A stretch of DNA of 64,000 nucleotides, taken from positions 64,001 to 128,000 of the IMG/VR virus record IMGVR_UViG_3300008952_002784; one strand, given 5' to 3'. The notes under the pieces were generated by a model. It was not told where the DNA came from. It searched no databases and saw only the letters and a list, made by a program, of their open reading frames with translations. This DNA comes from a virus. The translations under genes and the position numbers were made by a program. Each line of letters starts with the position of its first letter. The first letter of the stretch is position 1. Positions 40,101 through 47,574 of the stretch are shown piece by piece.

Positions 40101-42833
40101 ATGTCACATTATAGGCACATTAATGAACATATCAAGCGTACACCAGAAAAATCTATACATAGAGGAAATTTACGAACCAAGCTTAAAGAAAAAGGATTTG
40201 CGAATTACTATGCATTTTTGACTGCATTCAATCCTAAGATAATGGGTCACAAGTTTGTTAATAATATAGTGCATGAAAAAGAAAAACAGTACACAAACCA
40301 CAAAGTTACTGCGATTAGAGAGATTATTACAAAAGAATCAGTTTATAATGTGACTGTAGAAGGCAATTTCAACCTTGGAATTGCTTCTTATAACGATATT
40401 GACAATCAAAAAAGTTCAATAATTACATATCAGTCGGTTGACGAAGATTATTTCCTTCCGGTTCGAGGTGGCGAGTCTGGTACTAAGATTGATACTCTCG
40501 CCGGCGGTCAAAACACAGCCGCGATTGAAGATGTAGAATACATTCAAAAGAAGCTTTTTGCAGCGCTCAAGATACCGAGAGCATATCTCGGTTATGACGA
40601 AGATGTCGGTTGTCTCACTGGAGACATCATGGTTGATCTTCTAGATGGCAGACAAGTTTCAATGAGCGAGCTTGTGAATGAATACGAGCAAGGAAAAAAC
40701 AACTGGGTGTATTCATTTGACTTAGACGGCACCCCAAAACCAGGCAAGATTTCGAATGCTTGGAAAACAAAAGACGTTACAGAACTATATGAGATTGAGC
40801 TAGATAATGGTAAGAAAATTAAGTGTACCGCTAATCATCCTTTCCTGCTCAAGCGAGGAGTGTATGTTCGAGCAGATGAACTTAAAGAAGACATGCCGTT
40901 GATGGCACTATATTCTCGTGATTCTAAAAAAAGCCTTAAGGATTATGAACAGATCTTCGATCACAATACTAGGAACTGGATTTATACACACCGAATGGTA
41001 AATGAGAACACTGAAATACCTATCCACGATTCAGCTGGCAAAGAAGACTATGACGTAGTTCATCATGCAACATTTGATAAGAAGAATAATAGTCCGGACT
41101 CGTTGTTGTTGATGGGTAGAAAATCACATATTAAGCTACATGCTGAGCATGGTGAAAATTTATTATCTGAAGTCTCCAGAGACAGATTACGCGAGGTGAT
41201 GAAATCCGAAAGCTATAAAATAAATCATATCAAAGGGGTTCAGGAAGCTTGGGATAATGATAAAGGTAATCGCCGCGCCAAACTATCAACAGATAATAAA
41301 AAATATGACAAAATTGACTTGATGACTTCACGTCTGCGCGAATTGATAAATTTAGGGAAGCTAAATCCATCTGAGTGCCTAAAGCAACCCCGCCCAGATT
41401 TTTCTGTCATTGTTGGTTCTGTCAAGGCTGGTAATCATACTCTAGAGATGATCTGCAATGATATTGGGTTTGGTCCTGTTGTTACTGCTGAGATTATCAA
41501 GACTGAGTGTGGGTCATGGAATGAATTTGTCGATATACATGATACAAAAGCTAGCCGCAAAGGCAGAGCATTAAGACACTATAATATTGTAAAAGCAAAA
41601 GAATTAGCAGCAACTTGCAAAACAAGAAAAGAATTCCATAACCGAAATATCGTATCCAGAACTGCTCATGAAAACCAGCTTACTAAGCACGGGCTATCTC
41701 CAACAGCCTGGTATAGCGAAAATATTGGAGCCTTCAATCACAAAGTAGCATCTGTGAAAAAGCTGATATTGACTGCCCCTATCCCTGTATTCGATATTCA
41801 GGTTGAGGGATGGTCAAACTTTGTCGTTGAGAATTCAATTGTCGTTCACAATTCTAAAGCTACGCTAGCTCAAGAAGATATCAGATTTTCTAGAACAATT
41901 CAGCGAATACAAAAAACAATTGTTTCAGAGTTGAATAAGCTGGCAATGATTCATCTTTACGCACATGGATATGAAGGTGAAGATCTAGTCGACTTTGTAA
42001 TTAAACTTTCTAATCCGTCGTCAATTGCACAGCAGCAAAAACTTGAGCTAATCAGGTCTAAATTTGAAATTGCAGGCACAGCTCCGGAGGGTTTAGTTGA
42101 TCGAAATTGGATTCGCAAGAATGTTCTAGAGTTGACAAAACAAGAAATTGAGTTCATAGAAGAGGGTAAGGTACATGACAAGCTTCGTGATGTAGAGCTT
42201 GAAGCTACAGGAGCTGAAGAATCTGCAGACACCCCTGCTGGTGATACTCCCGGTGGCGAAGAAGGTGGCGAAGATCTATTTGCAGGCGATACAGCACAGG
42301 GGTCGTTATTAGTCGCCACCCCCGGACCTAACAGATCAACAAAAATAGATGACAAAGATGACGATGACGAAGATGTAGATGAGATTGATCTGTCTTCTTT
42401 TTCTATAGAAGATTTAAATGCACCCACTAAAATTCAGAATAGAATAAGAAATGTCTTTAATGAGCCCATTCGAAACTCTAGAAAAAACACGTCAGGCCCT
42501 GGGTCCACACATATGCCTGACTTTCATAAGATGACGTCCATTGGTAGGTCTGGCCGAAGACAAGACACTCTTAATAAACCGTTTGATGATGATTTCATGA
42601 AAGATCCCTTTGGGGAGTCTATATTTCCGAAAAGTCCGACGATTGATAATTTCATCGACAACAAAATAAAACAGAGCAATAAAATGACACGTGAAATGGA
42701 GTCAGTGATACAGAATCTAGAAGGTATGTTCAGTGTTGGCAAGACGTCCATACTTAATGAAGACATAGATTCATCTATAGCTGATGAAGATCTAGGATTT
42801 GAAGTTACTGATGACAATGAGAGTGAAGAATGA
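37179..42833 (+). CDS. Portal protein (T4 gp20-like), precursor with three inteins (670 aa after splicing)
   Basis: Portal motifs [78 protein letters not shown] and [10 protein letters not shown], separated by three Hint-flanked inserts. Confidence 0.95.
   Translation: [1884 protein letters not shown]
37365..38555 (+). mobile_element. Intein 1 in portal (397 aa) with HNH homing endonuclease
   Basis: Starts CLDLNT, block B CTHDHP, ends IIVHN|S. Internal HNH: EHRLIAE...[17 protein letters not shown]. HTH-like segment near the C-terminus. Confidence 0.93.
39225..40433 (+). mobile_element. Intein 2 in portal (403 aa) with HNH endonuclease; non-canonical Tyr-Gln C-terminus
   Basis: Starts CIYGDNKV after RYNPL, block B VTPDHK, HNH THRVVA...[17 protein letters not shown], ends [15 protein letters not shown]. 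Removal restores the portal motif RYNPLSVDEDYF. Confidence 0.9.
40611..41852 (+). mobile_element. Intein 3 in portal (414 aa) with HNH-like endonuclease
   Basis: Starts CLTGDIMV, block B CTANHPF, HNH THRMVN...[17 protein letters not shown], ends [14 protein letters not shown]. Confidence 0.93.
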
Positions 42834-43675
42834 GCAATACTCACAATAAAAAGAGAAATGTTGGAATCGTCTATGAGCAGCTAATTAATGTAATCTCTTC
42901 TTACTTAGTTGAGGGAGATCTTGACAAGGCAGACAATGTAATTGGTTTGATCAAAACACATTTTCAGCCTGGCAGTGAACTCTATAAAGAGTTCCGTCTA
43001 TTCAATGCGCTAGTAAAGACGACAGTAAGTTCAGACTCTTTGGCGTCTAGAATACTCGAAGAGGCAAAGATAGCTGCTAAAGACCATGATGCAACAAAAC
43101 TACGAAAAGAAAAATCGTTACTAATAAAGGATATCAATCTCAAAATTAGTAAAGATGAATTTTACGGAACACGTGTTGAAAATTATAGGACATATGCAAC
43201 AATACAGACAGTTCTCAATGGGTGGCGATCAAAATCACCCAACATTCGAATAGTGGCTGAGTATGAAGATAAAGTTCATGCATGGCTCCGTGAAGACAAG
43301 ACACCCGATACAGTTGAAGAACACATAACACCCGACATCGATCGATTGACAGTCAAGCTAATGAGAGAGAAGTTTGATGACAAGTACAAAAACTTATCAT
43401 GTCGGCAAAAATATATGCTCTCAGATTACATGTTTGACAGTACGGCTAAAAACGAAAAGCTTAAAGAAAATCTAGCGACTATTCAAAAAGACTTAATTGT
43501 AGAATTAACACAGCTTCACAGCAGTTGTGAGAATTCAATACTGCGTGATAAAATGCCGTCTGTGATAGAAAATGTAACACTGCTAAATCCAGAAACTTTG
43601 AATGATGAAAATATAAGCAAATTTCTGCTAGCTATTAAGCTGTGTGAAGAAATAACGGAGAAGATAGATGAGTAA
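42830..43675 (+). CDS. Hypothetical head-module protein (possible prohead core)
   Basis: 281-aa helical protein between portal and protease; ATGA overlap with the portal gene. Confidence 0.55.
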   Translation: MSNTHNKKRNVGIVYEQLINVISSYLVEGDLDKADNVIGLIKTHFQPGSELYKEFRLFNALVKTTVSSDSLASRILEEAKIAAKDHDATKLRKEKSLLIKDINLKISKDEFYGTRVENYRTYATIQTVLNGWRSKSPNIRIVAEYEDKVHAWLREDKTPDTVEEHITPDIDRLTVKLMREKFDDKYKNLSCRQKYMLSDYMFDSTAKNEKLKENLATIQKDLIVELTQLHSSCENSILRDKMPSVIENVTLLNPETLNDENISKFLLAIKLCEEITEKIDE

Positions 43676-44282
43676 CAACCTAAAGCTTTTAACTGAGTGG
43701 GCCCCATTCGAATACTCATCAGACATGATTGTAGAGTCCAAAGAAAAGAATGGTGGTAAGATTATAATGAAGGGAGTTCTTCAAAAATCTGAGACACTTA
43801 ATCAGAACGGAAGAATATACCCAAGGTCAATTTTAGAGAGAGAAATACGAAATTATCAAAAATTCATTTCTGAGAACAGAGCATTAGGGGAACTAGACCA
43901 TCCTGACAGTAGCGTTGTTGAATTGAAAAATGCTTCACACATTATTCGCGAAGCACATATGGATGGCGACGTTTGTTTTGGCACTGTAGAAATACTTGAT
44001 ACGCCTAGCGGAAAAATACTCAAGAGTTTAGTAGAATCCGGAGTTACACTTGGAATATCTTCAAGGGGGGTTGGATCTACTTCTCCGGATGGCGATTACC
44101 AGGTTGTTCAAGATGATTTTCAGCTTATATGCTGGGATTTTGTCTCAGAACCGTCTACTCCTGGTGCATTTATGATGCGTGAAGGCAGAGAAATTTCTAA
44201 GCGTGATTTAAATCGACATTTCACTAAGAGTGATAGACTAGATAGACTATTCAATGATATAATATTATGGGAGAGCGAATAG
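43668..44282 (+). CDS. Prohead core protease (T4 gp21-like)
   Basis: NQNGRIYP, ALGELDHP, ASHII, ILDTPSGKI, LGISSRGVGS and DFVSEPSTPGA are hallmark gp21 motifs. Confidence 0.95.
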   Translation: MSNNLKLLTEWAPFEYSSDMIVESKEKNGGKIIMKGVLQKSETLNQNGRIYPRSILEREIRNYQKFISENRALGELDHPDSSVVELKNASHIIREAHMDGDVCFGTVEILDTPSGKILKSLVESGVTLGISSRGVGSTSPDGDYQVVQDDFQLICWDFVSEPSTPGAFMMREGREISKRDLNRHFTKSDRLDRLFNDIILWESE

Positions 44283-44747
44283 ATGCCTTTAGAAAATCCA
44301 AGGCCCGGGCCAAATTACGTACCTGAGTATCAAGTTTCAGGTATACCATACGTGACGAGATCAGTAAGCGATGAAGTTCAAGACTCACCAATAAAATTAG
44401 AATTTCCTCATGTGTCACAGTGGGTAGTAATTAGAAATTTAGCAGCGTCAGGATCTGATATGAGAGTAGGATTCACGTCAAATGGTGTGCAGGGAGGCGG
44501 AGGAATTTCAGGATCCTATGCTGCTGGAAATAAAGAAGGTCCACAGACTAATGCACAAAGCAGAAATTATTTTGTCGTGCCAGGCAACACACAAACTCCT
44601 CGGATGCAGATAAGAACAAAAGACATGTATTTTATACGAGATGGATCAGCTAATTCCACGTTTACTGTTATTGCTGGATTGACAACTGTTCATAGAGAGC
44701 TATTCCCAGTGCTTACAGGTTCTGATGGGTTTGAAGGAGTGGGCTAA
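44283..44747 (+). CDS. Hypothetical virion protein (beta-rich)
   Basis: 154-aa ORF immediately after the protease gene. Confidence 0.6.
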   Translation: MPLENPRPGPNYVPEYQVSGIPYVTRSVSDEVQDSPIKLEFPHVSQWVVIRNLAASGSDMRVGFTSNGVQGGGGISGSYAAGNKEGPQTNAQSRNYFVVPGNTQTPRMQIRTKDMYFIRDGSANSTFTVIAGLTTVHRELFPVLTGSDGFEGVG

Positions 44748-44749
44748 AA

Positions 44750-45196
44750 ATGGCTAAATTAACGAGATCGAAATTAAAGTCACTAGTCAAAGAGTGCTTA
44801 GTTGAAATTCTTGAAGAGGGTATTTCATCTAGCTCATCTTCACATGTGATGGAGTCAAAGACCCCGCACACCCACAAAACGAATAGCTTCAAAAGCAAGA
44901 AAAAACATGTTTTAAAAAATTCGTCTCTAGATGAAGTCAGGTATAATAACAATTATCAGGAATCAATTGATAAAAGAGTCGCTGCAGTAACGTCAGACCC
45001 CATAATGTCATCTATTTTTGCCGATACAGCTGCAACAACGCTGCAAGAACAGATTAATTCAGAGCCTCGTGGTCGTGGACAAAGCATGACTAGTATGGCA
45101 GAAGCTTTTGACGCGCCTGGCGGAGATATATCAAATGTAGATCTTTTTTCTGAGTCTTCTAAAAATTGGGCAGCGTTAGCATTCCCGGGAAAATAG
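44750..45196 (+). CDS. Probable internal head protein
   Basis: 148 aa; N-terminal KLTRSKLKSLVKECLVEILEE amphipathic motif; located in the head module. Confidence 0.5.
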   Translation: MAKLTRSKLKSLVKECLVEILEEGISSSSSSHVMESKTPHTHKTNSFKSKKKHVLKNSSLDEVRYNNNYQESIDKRVAAVTSDPIMSSIFADTAATTLQEQINSEPRGRGQSMTSMAEAFDAPGGDISNVDLFSESSKNWAALAFPGK

Positions 45197-45273
45197 AAAA
45201 ATTATTCTATATCTAGAAGATTTCTTTTCAAACTGATATGTATAGGCGTAGGCTTTTGTCACAGGAGAACATA

Positions 45274-45564
45274 ATGTCAAAACGCATTCGTAAACTCACA
45301 CCTTCTCTTCTTCGCAAGATGGTCATGCAAGAAAGAAAAAGAATCATGAGAGAAACATCAGATCCAGTATCATCTGGAATCGTACACCCAGAAAAAGTTT
45401 CGCCAGATGAGGTAGACGCTGATAAATTGGCAGACACTCTAGAAAAAGACATAGATCATATGAAGGCATTGAAAATTCACGAAAAACGCCTCAAGAAAAA
45501 GTTAGTTAGAATTGCTGAAGCGAAGAAAAAAATCCGAACCCGGGTTCTTCGTCGTATTAGATAA
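45274..45564 (+). CDS. Probable internal head protein, basic
   Basis: Start reassigned to ATG 45274 (AGGAG at 45263-45267), giving MSKRIRKLTPSLLRKMVMQE; basic C-terminal coiled coil. Confidence 0.55.
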   Translation: MSKRIRKLTPSLLRKMVMQERKRIMRETSDPVSSGIVHPEKVSPDEVDADKLADTLEKDIDHMKALKIHEKRLKKKLVRIAEAKKKIRTRVLRRIR

Positions 45565-45585
45565 CAAAAATATTTTTAGGAGAAA

Positions 45586-46062
45586 GTGATGCCCACGCAT
45601 AAACAAGGCACAGTAACACCCCCAACGTCTGATAGAAGTCTTGGTAAATCCGGATCGAATCAGTTAGCATCAGCCTACGGAGCATCGCCAATACATTCAG
45701 GTGAAATAGATGACGATACTATTCGTGAACAATTTCAATCTGACGTTTTAGATGCTATTATAAATGACGCTGGGCATACATTTGGTGAATTTGATACTTC
45801 ATATTCTGATGCTCCTGATATGAATTCAGTTGCCACTGGAGGCGGTGGACTTCCAGCTAGCCCATATGTTCCAAATGTGTCATCACCAGGCCCCGGCAGT
45901 CTCAACCCATCTGATCAGCCTGATCCACCCGAAGGGTTTGGACAAACACCATCTGACACATGGGGCACAGGTGTAGGCTCTCAGCTAACACCAAAGAATT
46001 CTTCAGAGAAGATTTCTGGCCAGACTTTGGGTGCATATATTATGGGCAAAAGTACTAAATAG
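45586..46062 (+). CDS. Pro/Gly/Ser-rich hypothetical virion protein
   Basis: 158 aa with AGGAG RBS (start GTG 45586 or ATG 45589); paralogous to the next gene. Confidence 0.6.
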   Translation: MMPTHKQGTVTPPTSDRSLGKSGSNQLASAYGASPIHSGEIDDDTIREQFQSDVLDAIINDAGHTFGEFDTSYSDAPDMNSVATGGGGLPASPYVPNVSSPGPGSLNPSDQPDPPEGFGQTPSDTWGTGVGSQLTPKNSSEKISGQTLGAYIMGKSTK

Positions 46063-46088
46063 TATTTAGGTGAGAGGGAACTAGACAG

Positions 46089-46649
46089 ATGCCAAGGATG
46101 ACACACAATACAGTTTATCCTGTTGAATCAGACGAAGCATCTGTTCTAGAGGGAGCTGTAAGCGGCAAGTCCGATCGAGCTAGACTCGAGTTACAATTTC
46201 CTGACTCACCGCTATACACACAGTATGATCCCCTTGAAGTGTTTAGTAATACTGTAATGAGCTCACAGGTGGTCAACACAGACGGAACACCAGCTAGTGT
46301 AGGGTATTGGGGACTAAATGGGTACAGTCGCAATTATTCTCAAGCAGAGACGGGAATAGGCTCGGCACCCAATATATCTGAGCTCTGGCCGAATGGTGAC
46401 GAGCCCAATCTAATTGGTAATAGCTTCACCCCGGCGGTAATATCACCATCAGCACCTGCAGGATCATTGTCAACATCACAACCAACATCAGAAACTCGCG
46501 CGCCGTTTACAGGCCCATCTGCTGATGATATTGACAGTCAACCTAGTAAAACATCAGTTGATATAAGAGCAAAAACAAAAGAAATTCTAGAGACTAGACA
46601 GTCCCTAGCGTCTTCAGGAATTCCATCACTAGCTACACTAATAGGATAG
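46089..46649 (+). CDS. Pro/Ser-rich hypothetical virion protein (paralogue of 45586..46062)
   Basis: 186 aa; shares the MP..H.TV.P, SP.[HY], [SN]YS.A..AP and P.V.SP pattern with the upstream gene. Confidence 0.55.
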   Translation: MPRMTHNTVYPVESDEASVLEGAVSGKSDRARLELQFPDSPLYTQYDPLEVFSNTVMSSQVVNTDGTPASVGYWGLNGYSRNYSQAETGIGSAPNISELWPNGDEPNLIGNSFTPAVISPSAPAGSLSTSQPTSETRAPFTGPSADDIDSQPSKTSVDIRAKTKEILETRQSLASSGIPSLATLIG

Positions 46650-46658
46650 GAATACTTT

Positions 46659-47300
46659 TTGACTTGCAAAATCAAGATTGACGAAAAACAAGGCCACTTT
46701 CGAAAGTCTATGGTTAGAAGTCATGACGACAAAAAAGGGTTGGGCTACGGTGTTCTTGAGCCCTCCGGACGATTTGAACCAAGGACATATTCAACATTTT
46801 ACCCGTATCTAGATCCGGATCCATATGATGATTTAGAACCGGCAACTGAAGAGGAACAAAAGGGGGTGAGAAAAAAAGTTCCTCCATTAGTTAGAAATGA
46901 CTCAATGGCAGGCAATTCTGCTGATTCTTTTTATTTTGTAGCAGGTAATACTAAGCTTTCTGATTGCTTTGCCCGCCCGGATAATATATTAAGCGAGGTC
47001 GATGTAGCAGCTAAATCAATGTCGCCTGTTCCGAGTGCTTATAAAAATACTAAGGGTGCCAGTGCTTCTATTGGAAGGTCAGGTTCTTCTTTTCCCTTTT
47101 CTGTTGGGAATTATAAAAGAACTGGTACACAGTATGGATATTCTCGAGCACCCAAAATAGCATCGATATATGATGCTGATATAGACGACTTGTCAGATGA
47201 CGAAATAGATAGTGTTAGAAATTTTAATCTTAAAGATTTCATAGACGACGAAAAAACATACAATCTGATTAAGCATAACAAACGTCCGAGAGGGGAATAA
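46659..47300 (+). CDS. Hypothetical protein
   Basis: 213-aa ORF (TTG start uncertain; an alternative ATG lies at 46710); TAATG-coupled to bS21. Confidence 0.55.
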   Translation: MTCKIKIDEKQGHFRKSMVRSHDDKKGLGYGVLEPSGRFEPRTYSTFYPYLDPDPYDDLEPATEEEQKGVRKKVPPLVRNDSMAGNSADSFYFVAGNTKLSDCFARPDNILSEVDVAAKSMSPVPSAYKNTKGASASIGRSGSSFPFSVGNYKRTGTQYGYSRAPKIASIYDADIDDLSDDEIDSVRNFNLKDFIDDEKTYNLIKHNKRPRGE

Positions 47301-47521
47301 TGTCTAAACCAGCACATGTAACAGCAAAATTAGGAGGAAGAGTAAAAACCTCAGAGCAGCTAATACGTGTCTTTATTCGCAAGTGCAAGAAAGAAAATGT
47401 ACTTCAAGATTACAAGAAAAAACAATATTATGAATCAAAAAGCGAAAAACGAAGAAGAAAAAAGTCAGCATCAAAACAAAGGTGTCTTTCAAAGATTAAT
47501 AAACAAAACAAAATACATTAA
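47300..47521 (+). CDS. rpsU: Phage-encoded ribosomal protein bS21
   Basis: 73 aa, very basic. SEQLIRVFIRKCKKENVLQDYKKKQYYESKSEKRRRKK matches the bS21 pattern (E.ALRRFKR......L.E.R.R..YEKPS..R.RK). Confidence 0.8.
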   Translation: MSKPAHVTAKLGGRVKTSEQLIRVFIRKCKKENVLQDYKKKQYYESKSEKRRRKKSASKQRCLSKINKQNKIH

Positions 47522-47541
47522 AAAAAATCAATAGCTGACAT

Positions 47542-47549
47542 ATATTTAA
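47542..47549 (+). promoter_or_regulatory. Putative late promoter motif (ATATTTAA) upstream of scaffold/capsid
   Basis: Recurrent motif in the intergenic gap. Confidence 0.55.
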
Positions 47550-47574
47550 GTCAGGAATATTCAAGAGAGGTACG

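Noticed and set aside
37365-41852. Group I introns as the explanation for the portal insertions
   Set aside because: The inserts are in-frame, stop-free and bounded by Cys...[HN/YQ]|Ser with TxxH motifs, which identifies them as inteins.
45238-45273. Upstream ATG start given by the ORF track for the 108-aa ORF
   Set aside because: It overlaps the promoter-like ATATGTAT motif and has no SD; ATG 45274 follows AGGAG at normal spacing.
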